Shown here: piece after piece, positions 15,887 through 26,114 of the stretch
Numbering within the stretch: position 1 is the first letter of the stretch
Layout of the letters: every line of letters begins with the position of its first letter
Origin: Bifidobacterium breve
GTDB taxonomy: Bacteria > Actinomycetota > Actinomycetes > S36-B12
Length of the DNA stretch: 41,272 nucleotides
Assembly: GCA_945870085.1 (NCBI GenBank)
Contig: CAMBQX010000001.1
Span: forward strand, 1 to 41,272
Direction: 5' to 3'
Notes under the pieces: generated by a model
What the model was told of the DNA's origin: nothing
What the model saw: only the letters and a program-made list of their open reading frames with translations
Databases searched by the model: none
Program-made: the position numbers and the translations under genes

Positions 15887-17121
15887 GGAAGCCTTCCAGA
15901 TTGCATTGCGATCATGCTGATTACTTCGCGATCAACTTTGCCATTTGGCAACATTGGCAGCTCGGTTTGGACGATGACATGACAAGGTACCGCTGCCGGC
16001 CCAAGTCGTTGTTGCACGGTCGCCTTGACGACGGCTTCGATTGTTGAGGTCGAAGAGGTCTCGACGGCGGCGACAATCGCCGTTTCGTCGCTAGGGCCCG
16101 CAATTGGTAACACCAACACGGCCGTGACGTTAGGGATATCGCTGATCACCTGTTCGACCGCACCAGCTGAAACGTTCACGCCATTGATATTTATCACATC
16201 GTCAGCGCGTCCTAGGATCGTGACGAACCCGTCGGCATCGACGGTGCCATGGTCACTGGTGATAAACCCGGCGGCGGTGAAGTGCAGTTTGGTCAATTTC
16301 GGTTCAAGCCGGTAACCGGTTGCCAACATAGGCCCGCTGATTACCAAGGTGCTGGAGGATTCCGAATAATTTTCTACCTTCACTCCACGCAGCGGGCGAC
16401 CGTCAAAAACGCAGCCACCAGATGTCTCAGTCATGCCGTACGAGGTCACCAGGTGAACATGGTTGTCCTGGGCGCTAGCGCGGGTGCTGGCTGCCAAAGG
16501 TCCCGCGCCGATCAAAACCAGCGCACAAGCTTGTAGTGCAGCGACACCTATTTCGTCAGCAAGCAGGCGGCGAAGCTGGGCAGCTACCAGTGAGACGTGG
16601 ATTTGGGCTCCGCTTGCCCTTTCCACAGCGTCCGCAAAAACTGCTGACGTAAATGGCTGCGCACCACCAAGGCTAGCTACCGCAATTGGATCTCGCCCAC
16701 TTTCTAGTGCGCGTACGGCGACATTAAATCCACCCATCGAATGCAATGGAAGCGCTGCAATCCACTGGGCGTTGGCACCGTTGACCACGCTATCTAGCGC
16801 GGTTAGCCCCGCTGCCGTTAGCAACACGCCTTTAGGTTGACCCATCGAGCCGGAGGTGGCCAACACCACTGCGACCTCATCAGACTCAAGGGGCTGGCTT
16901 AGGTCATCGGGTAAACTTGCGGCGCGCAGTCGATCGACATACTCGGTAGAGATGGTCGAACTAACCGCTGGGAGAGGTGTAATTGCCGGGCCGACTCCCG
17001 CAAGAGCCATGCGCAGTGGGTCCAGCAACGCTGTGAGGCCAGCGGGGCCGGGTGGCACTAGAACTGAAGTCAATGGACGCATCGCACCGAGCGTAGGACG
17101 TCGCGATAGCGTTCCCGACAT
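15874..17121 (-). CDS. menE: o-succinylbenzoate-CoA ligase
   Basis: Short adenylate-forming enzyme with [25 protein letters not shown] and a C-terminal LPNGKVDR. It lies in the men cluster upstream of menA. The longest ORF starts at ATG 17121; in-frame ATG 17082 (MRPLTS...) is an alternative and has a -10-like box. Confidence 0.85.
   Translation of the reverse strand: MSGTLSRRPTLGAMRPLTSVLVPPGPAGLTALLDPLRMALAGVGPAITPLPAVSSTISTEYVDRLRAASLPDDLSQPLESDEVAVVLATSGSMGQPKGVLLTAAGLTALDSVVNGANAQWIAALPLHSMGGFNVAVRALESGRDPIAVASLGGAQPFTSAVFADAVERASGAQIHVSLVAAQLRRLLADEIGVAALQACALVLIGAGPLAASTRASAQDNHVHLVTSYGMTETSGGCVFDGRPLRGVKVENYSESSSTLVISGPMLATGYRLEPKLTKLHFTAAGFITSDHGTVDADGFVTILGRADDVININGVNVSAGAVEQVISDIPNVTAVLVLPIAGPSDETAIVAAVETSSTSTIEAVVKATVQQRLGPAAVPCHVIVQTELPMLPNGKVDREVISMIAMQSGRLPWQR
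17090..17095 (-). promoter_or_regulatory. candidate -10 box TACGCT 7 nt upstream of menE ATG 17082 (minus strand)
   Basis: The minus strand reads TACGCT-cggtgcg-ATG, with no SD upstream of either menE start candidate. Confidence 0.3.
17107..17112 (+). promoter_or_regulatory. candidate -10 box TAGCGT 7 nt upstream of menB ATG 17120
   Basis: The plus strand reads TAGCGT-tcccgac-ATG, with no SD within 15 nt of the start. Confidence 0.3.
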
Positions 17122-18052
17122 GGATACCCGTACCCGATACTTATTGCCCCCGGTGGTACCTGCTGGTTCACCGGCATTGACCGACCCCTCGTACTCATCG
17201 ATTAATCCCGGTTGCCAATGGCGGCAGATCGGTGATTACCGAGATATTCGGCTAGAGGTATCCACTGGGGAAGACGTCGGTATCGCCAAAATAACAATCA
17301 ACAGGCCGGAGAAGCGCAATGCGTTTCGGCCGCCTACCCTCTTTGAACTTAGTGATGCGCTGAATTACGCACGTGATGACGACGCCATCGGTGTCATCAT
17401 CTTGACCGGGCAGGGCGACTGGGCATTTTGCTCCGGCGGAGACCAGATCATTCGCGGTAATGATGGCTACATCGGAGACGATGAAGTCGCGAAGCGCGGG
17501 GTGGGTCGGCTAAATGTCCTGGACCTCCAGGTTCAAATTCGTCGCACGCCGAAGCCGATCATTGCTATGGTCGCCGGCTACGCCATTGGTGGCGGACATG
17601 TGCTGCACGTGGTTTGTGACTTGACCATCGCTGCTGACAACGCGCGATTTGGCCAGACCGGCCCTAAAGTCGGGTCCTTCGATGGCGGGTACGGCTCGGG
17701 CTTGCTCGCGGCAACAATCGGACAAAAGCGGTCACGCGAAGTCTGGTACACCTGCCGCCAATACGGCGCTGAGCAAGCCTATGACTGGGGCTTGGTCAAC
17801 TCGGTGGTTCCTATTGCCGATCTCGAGAGCGAGACCGTTTCCTGGGCGCGCGAGATGCTGGCCATGTCGCCGCTGGCGCTACGGATGCTCAAGGCATCGC
17901 ATAATGCGGCCGATGATGGGCTAGCAGGCGTTCAACAACTAGCTGGCGATGCGACCTTGTTGTTCTACATGACAGCCGAAGCACAAGAGGGTCGCGATGC
18001 CTACAAGGAAAAGCGTGAACCCGACTTCCGGCAATTCCCCAAGCGTCCGTAA
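17120..18052 (+). CDS. menB: 1,4-dihydroxy-2-naphthoyl-CoA synthase
   Basis: Crotonase fold with [41 protein letters not shown] and a C-terminal [14 protein letters not shown]. At 310 aa it is close to the roughly 310-aa length I recall for mycobacterial MenB. The track ORF from 16856 is an antisense-to-menE over-extension. In-frame TTG 17144 and GTG 17153 are alternatives. Confidence 0.9.
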   Translation: MDTRTRYLLPPVVPAGSPALTDPSYSSINPGCQWRQIGDYRDIRLEVSTGEDVGIAKITINRPEKRNAFRPPTLFELSDALNYARDDDAIGVIILTGQGDWAFCSGGDQIIRGNDGYIGDDEVAKRGVGRLNVLDLQVQIRRTPKPIIAMVAGYAIGGGHVLHVVCDLTIAADNARFGQTGPKVGSFDGGYGSGLLAATIGQKRSREVWYTCRQYGAEQAYDWGLVNSVVPIADLESETVSWAREMLAMSPLALRMLKASHNAADDGLAGVQQLAGDATLLFYMTAEAQEGRDAYKEKREPDFRQFPKRP

Positions 18053-18058
18053 CTTCAC

Positions 18059-19078
18059 ATGCCCGATAAAAAATTGCAGGCGCTACTTGATACCGCGGTG
18101 GTTTACGGGCTGCCAATGACACGCGAATTTCGCGGTATCACCAAGCGCGAAGGTGTGTTGATTAAAGGTCCGTCGGGGTGGGGTGAGTTTGCCCCATTTG
18201 ATGACTACACCAACGTTGCAGCATCACGTTGGCTCGACTGCGCGATTGAATCCTCATTTGGGGCATGGCCGGTAAGTAAACGTGAAAACATCAATGTAAA
18301 TGCGATTATTGCTGAGGTTAGCTCGGCCGATGCGGCGGCACTAACGCGCGCTGCGGTAATCGAAAATGGCTGTCAGTGCGTGAAAGTAAAAGTCGGCGGC
18401 ACCTTGGCGGCTGATGAAGCGCGGGTGGCGGCAGTGCGCGATGTTCTCGATACCGCACTCGGTCGAGGAGTCGGATCTATCCGCATTGATGCCAATGGCA
18501 GTTGGTCCGTGCCCGAGGCGGTGAAGGCACTAAGGCGTCTTGCTGAATACGGGCTTGAATATGTTGAGCAGCCGTGTGCTGAACTCGCTGAGATCAAGCA
18601 GGTGCGCAATCAAGTTTCAGTGCCTATTGCAGTCGACGAGGCAATCCGGGGCGCAGCTGCACCTGAAGAGCTCGATTTACGTGGCATCGCCGATTTTGCG
18701 ATCATCAAAGTTGCTCCACTAGGCGGCATTGAAGCCAGCCTGCGCATAGTCGAGCAACTCTCGATGCCGATAGTCATTAGCGGTTCACTTGACTCATCGG
18801 TTGGCCTGGCGGCTTCGACGGCATTGGCCGGAGCCCTCGATATCGCAACGGCCTGCGGACTTGGTACCGGCACGCTACTTGCTGCGGATGTGGTGGATAC
18901 GCCCCTTGTTCCAGTTGGCGGAATGCTCAAAGTTCAAAGAGTTGCCCCGGAGTTAGGCGCGCTGATGCGGGCGCGCGATGAGATAAGCGATGAGCGTGGG
19001 ATTTGGTGGCGGGCCCGCCTTGCCGCTGCCTGGCATGCGGGCGCCGCTAAACGGTCTGGGCATCTACTAGCTAGTTAG
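18059..19078 (+). CDS. menC: o-succinylbenzoate synthase (enolase superfamily)
   Basis: Motifs are CVKVKVG, IRIDANGSW, YVEQP and IAVDE. It lies 6 nt downstream of menB. Confidence 0.85.
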   Translation: MPDKKLQALLDTAVVYGLPMTREFRGITKREGVLIKGPSGWGEFAPFDDYTNVAASRWLDCAIESSFGAWPVSKRENINVNAIIAEVSSADAAALTRAAVIENGCQCVKVKVGGTLAADEARVAAVRDVLDTALGRGVGSIRIDANGSWSVPEAVKALRRLAEYGLEYVEQPCAELAEIKQVRNQVSVPIAVDEAIRGAAAPEELDLRGIADFAIIKVAPLGGIEASLRIVEQLSMPIVISGSLDSSVGLAASTALAGALDIATACGLGTGTLLAADVVDTPLVPVGGMLKVQRVAPELGALMRARDEISDERGIWWRARLAAAWHAGAAKRSGHLLAS

Positions 19079-19123
19079 TGCCCTGTTCTTCTTACCATCC
19101 TCTCGGCATGAAAGGCTAAGCGC

Positions 19124-20902
19124 GTGAACGCATCAACACTCCAAGCGCGCGTGCTTGTCGATGAGTTGATCAGATGCGGCATTACTGATTTTGTGCTTTG
19201 TCCAGGTTCGCGTTCGGCTCCGCTGGCTTTCGCATTGGCTGCCGCCGAAAAACGTGGCGAAATCTTCTTGCACGTGCGACTAGATGAGCGAAGTGCAGGA
19301 TATCTAGCACTTGGGCTCGGAAAAGTTTCTGGGGTGCCGGCCGTGGTCGTTACCACATCGGGTACGGCAGCTGTAAATTTGCATCCGGCCGTTGTTGAAG
19401 CCGATCACTCGAATATCCCGATGATCACGTTAACGGCGGATAGGCCGCCAGTTTTGCGCGGAGTCGGAGCCAACCAAACTATTGCTCAGGCCGATATTTT
19501 TGGAACCTCGGTCCGACTCGCGGTTGACATGGCAGTGGCCGTATCTGGAGAGCAAGGGATTCGCTACTGGCGTTCCACCATGTCGCGCGTTGTGGCCGCG
19601 TCAACTGATGCGTGGCATCCTGGTCCGGTACATGTGAATATGCCATTTGGCGACCCGTTAGTCCCCGATGTCTTAGACGAAGATGCACCAGCAACGGCAC
19701 TTGGGGGGCGCACTGATGGGCGTGCTGACGGGCGGCCCTGGAGCGCCGATGCCAGGTTTGTTGCCGGCCTGAGCACACCACTTGATGACGTAATAGGTGT
19801 CATCATGGAAGACAATCAATGCCCGGCCCGCGGGATAATCATTGTTGGCGATCACGCCGACTCTGAATTCATGGGCCTGATTGATGACCTCGGTGATGCC
19901 CTTGGCTGGCCGATAATAGGTGAACCAAGCGGCAATGTGTCGGATTGCGATACCTCACTTGCTCACGGGGCTCTGATCCTTGCCGATGCTGATTTCGCGG
20001 CGGCACATGTGCCAGACGTCGTTATAACCGTCGGACGAGTCGGACTAAGTCGTGCGGTGTTGCGCCTGGTCGCGGATTCACCCTTGCATATTGCGGTAGA
20101 TCCGCAAGCGCAGTGGAGTGATCCAACTCGATCGGCAGACATCGTTATCGCGGGAGTGCCATTGCCCCCGGAGAATGCGGTGGCTGACCCTGACTGGCTT
20201 GATGCTTGGCAGCGGGCGGATGTCCTGACCGCCGCAGCGGTTGAAACAGCGCTTTCGGCTTTTGGTGATCAGTTGACCGGCATGCATGTAGCGCGCATTA
20301 CGTGCAGTGCGGTTCCGTCCGCAGGCATGCTATTTCTGGGGGCTTCATCCCAGGTGCGCCATGTTTTCAATCTCGCGTCGACCTTCATTGGCGAAGCCAT
20401 AGTGATGGGTAACCGCGGTACTTCCGGGATTGACGGTACTTTGTCCTCAGCTTGGGGAGCGGCCACGGCACTGCAGCGAGATGATGCAGCTGATGATCCA
20501 ACTTGGGCCATTGCACTTGTAGGAGATCAGACTTTCTTGTATGACAGCAATGCCTTGCTGGTACCGGCAGCTGAAACAAGACCCAATTTGGTGATCGTAG
20601 TTTCTGATAATGATGGCGGCGGCATTTTCTCGCAATTGGAGCAAGGTGAGGCGCGATTCGCTGACTCTTTCGATCGGATATTTGCGGTGCCGCTCGGGGC
20701 TGATGTTGGAGCCATCGCGGCGGCGCTGCAAGTTCCAACCCAGGTGGCACATACTGCGCCCGAACTAATGGCCGCATTGGATACCGCTATTGCCGCTGGG
20801 GGAGTGCAGGTGGTGGTGGCGCGAACCTGTTCGCGAGTTGCTGAAGCGGAAGCTTGGCAAGCGGTGCGTGAAGCTGTACAGGCAGCCCTCGGGTCTGCTT
20901 AA
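19124..20902 (+). CDS. menD: 2-succinyl-5-enolpyruvyl-6-hydroxy-3-cyclohexene-1-carboxylate (SEPHCHC) synthase
   Basis: GTG 19124 follows AAAGG. It is a ThDP enzyme with an N-terminal LVDELIRCGITDFVLCPGSRSAPL, TTSGTAAVNL and a C-terminal GDQTFLYDSN...NDGGGIF. 592 aa. Confidence 0.9.
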   Translation: MNASTLQARVLVDELIRCGITDFVLCPGSRSAPLAFALAAAEKRGEIFLHVRLDERSAGYLALGLGKVSGVPAVVVTTSGTAAVNLHPAVVEADHSNIPMITLTADRPPVLRGVGANQTIAQADIFGTSVRLAVDMAVAVSGEQGIRYWRSTMSRVVAASTDAWHPGPVHVNMPFGDPLVPDVLDEDAPATALGGRTDGRADGRPWSADARFVAGLSTPLDDVIGVIMEDNQCPARGIIIVGDHADSEFMGLIDDLGDALGWPIIGEPSGNVSDCDTSLAHGALILADADFAAAHVPDVVITVGRVGLSRAVLRLVADSPLHIAVDPQAQWSDPTRSADIVIAGVPLPPENAVADPDWLDAWQRADVLTAAAVETALSAFGDQLTGMHVARITCSAVPSAGMLFLGASSQVRHVFNLASTFIGEAIVMGNRGTSGIDGTLSSAWGAATALQRDDAADDPTWAIALVGDQTFLYDSNALLVPAAETRPNLVIVVSDNDGGGIFSQLEQGEARFADSFDRIFAVPLGADVGAIAAALQVPTQVAHTAPELMAALDTAIAAGGVQVVVARTCSRVAEAEAWQAVREAVQAALGSA

Positions 20903-20936
20903 GCGTGCAGCACCCCGCCGCTCACGGACCTCAATA

Positions 20937-22226
20937 CTAAATAGCTTCGAGGGCATCCCTGATAGGCACAAGTTTCGCGGCCGATTCGGCCAGCTCGGTA
21001 TCCGGGTGTGAGCCTGCAACAATGCCGCATCCGGCAAATGCACGCACAGTGTTGGTCTCGCTATCAATTTCAGCGCAGCGCAACGCAATTCCGAACTCGC
21101 CGTCACCTTGGGCATCGAACCAACCGACCGGGCCGGCGTAACGACCGCGATCCATGCCCTCAAGTTCGCGAATAACGGACAAAGCTCGCTCAGTCGGAGT
21201 TCCACAGACTGCGGCGGTCGGATGCAACGATGCCGCGAGTGCTAGTACTGATGCGGCGTCGGCCAACCTGCCGGTGATGTCGGTTGCCAGGTGTTGAACA
21301 TTGGCGAGGGCGAGCACATGTGGTCGATCAGGAACAGTTAAGTCGGTGCAGTGCGCCGCAAGTGCTCGCGCTACCGAGTGCACGGCGTATTCATGTTCCT
21401 CAAGATCCTTACCGCTACCGAGTAAGGCCGAGGCGAGGCCGGCATCGGCGGCGGCGTCGCCTTGGCGCCGCACCGTGCCGGCAAGCACCCGACTAGTAAC
21501 TAGATCACCGGTGCGCCGCACGAGTAATTCAGGGGTAGCTCCGACCAGACCAGCGACACTAAATGTCCAGCAAGATGGGTATTTTTCAGCCAGGTTTAGT
21601 AGCAGGTGTCTAATATCAAGTTCGCCTTCAACATGTGCGACCACATCTCGTGCCAAGACCACTTTGTCGAGTTCACCGGCGTTAATCCGCACGATTGCTT
21701 CGGCAACTGACCCTTGCCAGTCTGGGGCGGTCCGTGACCCTTCAGCCCATCGCACTGCTGTCGGCTTCGCGGGTACCGACACCGGCCGCATGGAGTTTCG
21801 CAAACCAGTATCTGCGCGCGGATCGTTCTCAGGGTCAACGACGGTAACCCAGGCCTGGCCACCACGGCGTCCGATGATGATTTTTGGCACGGTGATAATT
21901 GACGTGCCCGGGTTTGGGTCAAAGGCAAATGAGGCAAATGCCACCGGGCCGGTGCCCGGTACGTCGACGGTGTCGTCAATGAATTTCTCGGCGCACCATT
22001 TGGCCCACCAGCGCTGTGCTCGGCTAAAGCGTTCTGGTCCGCTGACCTCGAGTTGCGCGGCCACCCCCCAGCCGATCAAACCTTCACCGCCGCGGACCCA
22101 CGCAACGGGGTTCTCGATCGGCAACCTTGCCAAGAGCTGTTCTGGATCAGGGATGGGCCGAGTACGCACCACAGTGCGTTCGGCCTTCGGGGTGGTGTCC
22201 AGGCGTGACATTGATTCACTGGACAT
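20937..22226 (-). CDS. menF: isochorismate synthase
   Basis: Chorismate-binding domain with LVGATPELLV, HPTAAVCGTP, RGRYAGPVGW and AGCGIVAGS. 429 aa, within the men cluster. Confidence 0.88.
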   Translation of the reverse strand: MSSESMSRLDTTPKAERTVVRTRPIPDPEQLLARLPIENPVAWVRGGEGLIGWGVAAQLEVSGPERFSRAQRWWAKWCAEKFIDDTVDVPGTGPVAFASFAFDPNPGTSIITVPKIIIGRRGGQAWVTVVDPENDPRADTGLRNSMRPVSVPAKPTAVRWAEGSRTAPDWQGSVAEAIVRINAGELDKVVLARDVVAHVEGELDIRHLLLNLAEKYPSCWTFSVAGLVGATPELLVRRTGDLVTSRVLAGTVRRQGDAAADAGLASALLGSGKDLEEHEYAVHSVARALAAHCTDLTVPDRPHVLALANVQHLATDITGRLADAASVLALAASLHPTAAVCGTPTERALSVIRELEGMDRGRYAGPVGWFDAQGDGEFGIALRCAEIDSETNTVRAFAGCGIVAGSHPDTELAESAAKLVPIRDALEAI

Positions 22227-22232
22227 AGAGTC

Positions 22233-22238
22233 ATTCTA
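22233..22238 (-). promoter_or_regulatory. candidate -10 box TAGAAT 6 nt upstream of menF ATG 22226 (minus strand)
   Basis: The minus strand reads TAGAAT-gactct-ATG, with no SD. This is the best -10 match of the set. Confidence 0.4.
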
Positions 22239-22286
22239 GATGCCTATGGCACTTGAAGCAGATTCAGTGTCTGAAAGGATGGCGGC

Positions 22287-22997
22287 GTGACGCGAGCGGA
22301 TTTGACCAAAGCCCCAACCGATGTGGCCGCCATGTTCGATGGGGTCGCGAAGCGTTATGACCTAACCAATGATGTATTAGCCCTAGGGCAGACTCGGCGG
22401 TGGCGCAAGGCCGTGGTCGCCGCGGTCGCCCCCCTACCGGGTGAGCAGATCTTGGATCTGGCTGCTGGTACGGGTACCTCAAGTTTGCCATTCGCCCAGG
22501 CCGGGGCTGAGGTTTTTCCTACTGATTTTTCCCTCGGGATGTTAAAGGTGGGCCGCCATCGGCTGCCGCAGTTGCCATTCGTCGGCGGGGATGGCTTGTC
22601 CTTGCCCTATCGCGATGGGGTATTTGATGCGGCCACTATCTCCTTCGGGTTGCGAAATTTGGCTGACTTGACCACCGGGCTGGCGGAGTTGCGTCGGGTG
22701 GTGCGTCCGGGTGGCCGGTTGGTGATCTGTGAGTTTTCGCAGCCGACCTGGCCCCCCTTTCGCACCGTATATTCCGAGTATTTGATGAAAGCTCTACCCG
22801 CGGTGGCGCAGCGGGTGGCCACTAACCCCGAGGCGTACTTGTATCTGGCCGAGTCAATCCGGGCCTGGCCCGACCAGCAGCAGCTCGCGGCGCAATTGCA
22901 AGTGGCGGGCTGGGCGCGGGTGCAGTGGCGCAACCTGTCCGGTGGGATTGTCGCGCTACACCGGGGTGTTAACCCAGGGCCGGATGCCACTGCATGA
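22287..22997 (+). CDS. menG: demethylmenaquinone methyltransferase (UbiE/MenG)
   Basis: GTG 22287 follows AAGGA. The N-terminus has [25 protein letters not shown], the SAM motif is ILDLAAGTG, and FGLRN follows later. 236 aa. Confidence 0.9.
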   Translation: MTRADLTKAPTDVAAMFDGVAKRYDLTNDVLALGQTRRWRKAVVAAVAPLPGEQILDLAAGTGTSSLPFAQAGAEVFPTDFSLGMLKVGRHRLPQLPFVGGDGLSLPYRDGVFDAATISFGLRNLADLTTGLAELRRVVRPGGRLVICEFSQPTWPPFRTVYSEYLMKALPAVAQRVATNPEAYLYLAESIRAWPDQQQLAAQLQVAGWARVQWRNLSGGIVALHRGVNPGPDATA

Positions 22998-23027
22998 AGG
23001 GCCGGCGCCGCACTATGCTTATGGAGA

Positions 23028-23045
23028 TCGTGAAGGCATTCACAA
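23028..23045. promoter_or_regulatory. Rex operator (ROP)-like palindrome TCGTGAAGGCATTCACAA
   Basis: 13 of 14 half-site positions match the Rex operator consensus TTGTGAA-N4-TTCACAA, and the right half is perfect. It lies in the 123-nt menG-nuoA gap, 76 nt upstream of the nuoA start. rex is encoded in the same window. Confidence 0.6.
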
Positions 23046-23120
23046 ACGCACAAGGTTGAGTGCCAGTTTCGATTAAAACGACCATATTAATCGGCAGAAA
23101 CAAGGAGTTGTGAAACAGCG

Positions 23121-23480
23121 GTGAACGTCTACACGCCGATACTGATTCTTGGCATCCTGGCTTTCGGTTTCGCGGTTTTTTCGGTTGGCATAGCTACCTT
23201 CACCGGGCCAAAACGCTATAACCGGGCAAAATACGATGCATATGAATGTGGCATCGAACCCACACCGCAACCGGTGGGTGGTGGCCGCTTCCCCGTGAAG
23301 TACTACCTCACCGCGATGTTGTTCATAGTCTTCGACATTGAAATTGTTTTCCTCTACCCGTGGGCGGTCGCATTCGATCGACTCGCGATCTTTGGCTTAA
23401 TCGAAATGCTCGTATTCATCGTTACTGTTCTCGTTGTCTACGCCTATGTTTGGCGCCGACGCGGGCTCGAGTGGGACTGA
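23121..23480 (+). CDS. nuoA: NADH-quinone oxidoreductase subunit A
   Basis: GTG 23121 follows AAGGAG at 23102-23107. [11 protein letters not shown] matches the mycobacterial NuoA N-terminus, with YECGIEP and [12 protein letters not shown]. 119 aa. Confidence 0.93.
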   Translation: MNVYTPILILGILAFGFAVFSVGIATFTGPKRYNRAKYDAYECGIEPTPQPVGGGRFPVKYYLTAMLFIVFDIEIVFLYPWAVAFDRLAIFGLIEMLVFIVTVLVVYAYVWRRRGLEWD

Positions 23481-23490
23481 CGGGAACTCA

Positions 23491-24045
23491 ATGGGACTTG
23501 AAGAGGCACTGCCATCGGGAGTATTGCTTACCACGGTTGAGAAAGTGGCCGGCTATGCCCGCAAAGGCTCGCTGTGGCCAGCAACCTTCGGCCTCGCATG
23601 CTGCGCCATTGAGATGATGGCTGTCGGGGGTGCTCGCTATGACTTAGCGCGGTTTGGCATGGAAGTTTTCCGAGCATCACCGCGTCAAGCCGATCTGATG
23701 ATCGTCGCAGGTCGGGTGAGCCAGAAGATGGCGCCGGTGCTTCGTCAGGTTTATGACCAGATGCCAGGCCCGAAATGGGTTCTTGCGATGGGCGTTTGCG
23801 CATCCAGTGGCGGCATGTTTAACAACTACGCGATTGTTCAAGGCGTCGATCACGTGGTGCCGGTTGATATTTACCTACCCGGTTGCCCGCCACGCCCCGA
23901 GATGCTCATCGACGCTATCTTGAAATTACATGACCAAATTCAAGACACCAAAATGGGAGCCAATCGCAAGGCCGAAATTATTGCCCTTGAGTCAGCAGCG
24001 CTTGTGGCACCTTCGACATTGGAGATGAAAGGGCTGCTGAGATGA
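23491..24045 (+). CDS. nuoB: NADH-quinone oxidoreductase subunit B
   Basis: ATG 23491 gives MGLEE..., the usual actinobacterial NuoB N-terminus. N2 cluster motifs are [18 protein letters not shown] and LPGCPPRPE. The track start 23434 (TTG) would overlap nuoA. Confidence 0.93.
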   Translation: MGLEEALPSGVLLTTVEKVAGYARKGSLWPATFGLACCAIEMMAVGGARYDLARFGMEVFRASPRQADLMIVAGRVSQKMAPVLRQVYDQMPGPKWVLAMGVCASSGGMFNNYAIVQGVDHVVPVDIYLPGCPPRPEMLIDAILKLHDQIQDTKMGANRKAEIIALESAALVAPSTLEMKGLLR

Positions 24046-24746
24046 CCAGCGATCAACTGCCGGTGGTGCCCGACGGTGTCTCCAGTATTGACATCATTGA
24101 CGTTCAGCACGGTGCTTTCGGTATTCAAGGTTCGGGCGACACCAGTGGGTTTGGTGGCTTAATCGACCCACGGGTGCTGCCGGCGGCAAGTTTGCCTCCT
24201 TATGGCAGTTGGTTTGACGAACTGTCCGAAGAGCTTGAACTTTCGCTAACCGCCCGAGGTATCCCGATGTCAAGCGCGGTCGAAAAAGTGGTGGTTGATC
24301 GCGGCGAAATCACTTTTTTTGTCCGGCGCGAGCAACTAGTTGCTTTTGCCTCGACTCTGCGCGATGAACCTGGGCTGCGCTTTGAGTTCTGCAGTGGTGT
24401 CAACGGGGTGCACTATCCAAATGACATCGGCCGTGAGCTCCACGCGGTTTATCACCTCCTTTCGATAACCCATAACCGCCGCATTCGAGTGGAGGTTGCG
24501 GCACCTGATGGCGACCCGCATATTCCGTCACTTGTTGCGCTCTACCCAACAAATGACTGGCATGAGCGTGAGACTTGGGATTTCTTCGGGATTATTTTTG
24601 ACGGCCATCCGCACTTGACTCGAATCGAGATGCCCGATGACTGGCCGGGGCATCCGCAGCGCAAGGACTACCCACTTGGCGGCATCCCGGTTGAATATAA
24701 GGGCGCGACAATCCCGCCACCGGATCAGCGGAGGGCGTACAACTGA
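24042..24746 (+). CDS. nuoC: NADH-quinone oxidoreductase subunit C
   Basis: ATGA overlap with nuoB. The 30-kDa subunit motif is [23 protein letters not shown]. Confidence 0.92.
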   Translation: MTSDQLPVVPDGVSSIDIIDVQHGAFGIQGSGDTSGFGGLIDPRVLPAASLPPYGSWFDELSEELELSLTARGIPMSSAVEKVVVDRGEITFFVRREQLVAFASTLRDEPGLRFEFCSGVNGVHYPNDIGRELHAVYHLLSITHNRRIRVEVAAPDGDPHIPSLVALYPTNDWHERETWDFFGIIFDGHPHLTRIEMPDDWPGHPQRKDYPLGGIPVEYKGATIPPPDQRRAYN

Positions 24747-26083
24747 TGTCTACCGATCACCTGGGCGATCCATATGCCAGTTCATATGAATCCGGCGACG
24801 AAACCATTTACAACGTTTCCGGCGGCGACTGGGACACAATTACTGCGGCACCTGATGGCGAAAAGGAACGAATAGTCGTCAACATGGGCCCGCAGCACCC
24901 ATCAACCCACGGGGTGCTTCGTCTCATAGTTGAACTCGACGGCGAGACAGTAACCCAAGCCAGATGCGGGATCGGCTATTTGCATACGGGTATTGAGAAG
25001 AATATGGAGTACCGATCCTGGGTTCAGGGCGTCACTTTCGTCACGCGGATGGATTATTTAGCTCCTTTCTTCAATGAGACGGTCTACTGCTTAGCGGTCG
25101 AAAAACTCCTTGGTGTCACAGATCAAATTCCGGAGCGAGCCAGCGTCATTCGAATCATGATGATGGAGTTGAACCGAATCTCCTCGCACCTGGTCGCGTT
25201 GGCAACCGGTGGCATGGAGTTGGGTGCGCTAACCGCGATGATCTTCGGCTTCCGTGAGCGCGAGTTGATCCTCGATGTCTTTGAACTGGTAACCGGCTTA
25301 CGAATGAACAGCGCCTACATCCGTCCTGGTGGGGTCGCGCAAGATCTACCAGCAGATGGTGTCGAGAAAATCCGTGAGATGCTGCCGTTGTTGCGTAAAC
25401 GGTTGAAAGACACCACCGATCTACTAATTGACAATTCGATCTGGATGGGCCGCACCTCGGGTATCGGGTACCTCGACCTGACCGGGTGCATGGCACTTGG
25501 TGTTACCGGGCCGATCTTGCGCGCCACGGGGTTGCCCCATGACCTGCGCAAAACCCAGCCGTACTGCGGGTACGAAACCTTTGAATTTGACGTGGTCACT
25601 GAAACCACTTGCGATGCGTACGGCCGCTTTCTAATCCGCGTTGGTGAGATGCAGCAGTCCATCCGAATAATCGAACAAGCCCTTGATCGGCTCGGGCAGC
25701 CAGGCCCGGTAATGATCGCCGATAAGAGAATCGCCTGGCCGGCGCAATTGGCAATTGGTGCCGACGGTCAAGGCAATTCAACCGACCACATCCGCGAGAT
25801 TATGTCGGAGTCCATGGAAGCCCTGATCCATCATTTCAAGTTAGTCACCGAGGGTTTCAAAGTTCCGGTGGGTCAGGTATACACCGCAATTGAGTCACCA
25901 CGAGGCGAGCTCGGTTGTCACTTAGTTAGCGCTGGTGGTACCCGGCCTTATCGCGCGCACTTCCGTGATCCTTCATTTACCAACCTGCAGTCTGTGGCAG
26001 CGATGAGCGAAGGCGGTCAGGTGGCAGATCTAATTGCCGCGGTCGCCAGCATCGATCCTGTCATGGGCGGGGTCGACCGGTAA
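24746..26083 (+). CDS. nuoD: NADH-quinone oxidoreductase subunit D
   Basis: 1-nt overlap with the nuoC stop (TGATG). 49-kDa subunit motifs are [22 protein letters not shown] and a C-terminal [10 protein letters not shown]. Confidence 0.94.
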   Translation: MSTDHLGDPYASSYESGDETIYNVSGGDWDTITAAPDGEKERIVVNMGPQHPSTHGVLRLIVELDGETVTQARCGIGYLHTGIEKNMEYRSWVQGVTFVTRMDYLAPFFNETVYCLAVEKLLGVTDQIPERASVIRIMMMELNRISSHLVALATGGMELGALTAMIFGFRERELILDVFELVTGLRMNSAYIRPGGVAQDLPADGVEKIREMLPLLRKRLKDTTDLLIDNSIWMGRTSGIGYLDLTGCMALGVTGPILRATGLPHDLRKTQPYCGYETFEFDVVTETTCDAYGRFLIRVGEMQQSIRIIEQALDRLGQPGPVMIADKRIAWPAQLAIGADGQGNSTDHIREIMSESMEALIHHFKLVTEGFKVPVGQVYTAIESPRGELGCHLVSAGGTRPYRAHFRDPSFTNLQSVAAMSEGGQVADLIAAVASIDPVMGGVDR

Positions 26084-26114
26084 TACCCAACGAAAACGAG
26101 AGCGACGCAGACTT

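Noticed and set aside
21301-22239. 312-aa ORF antisense to menF, plus many other 60-175-aa antisense or alternative-frame ORFs (e.g. 1075-1518, 5537-6016, 9283-9801, 9365-9877, 20765-21205, 27509-28036, 29865-30329, 38598-39056)
   Set aside because: They lie entirely inside well-supported genes on the other strand or frame. They are Arg/Ser/Pro/Ala-rich low-complexity translations typical of GC-rich DNA, have no SD, and show no recognisable motifs.
23085-23090. AT-rich TATTAA/ATTAAA hexamers in the nuoA leader as the nuo -10 element
   Set aside because: Neither fits TANNNT, and I could not pair them with a -35 at sensible spacing. The nuo promoter position relative to the Rex site therefore remains undetermined without TSS data.
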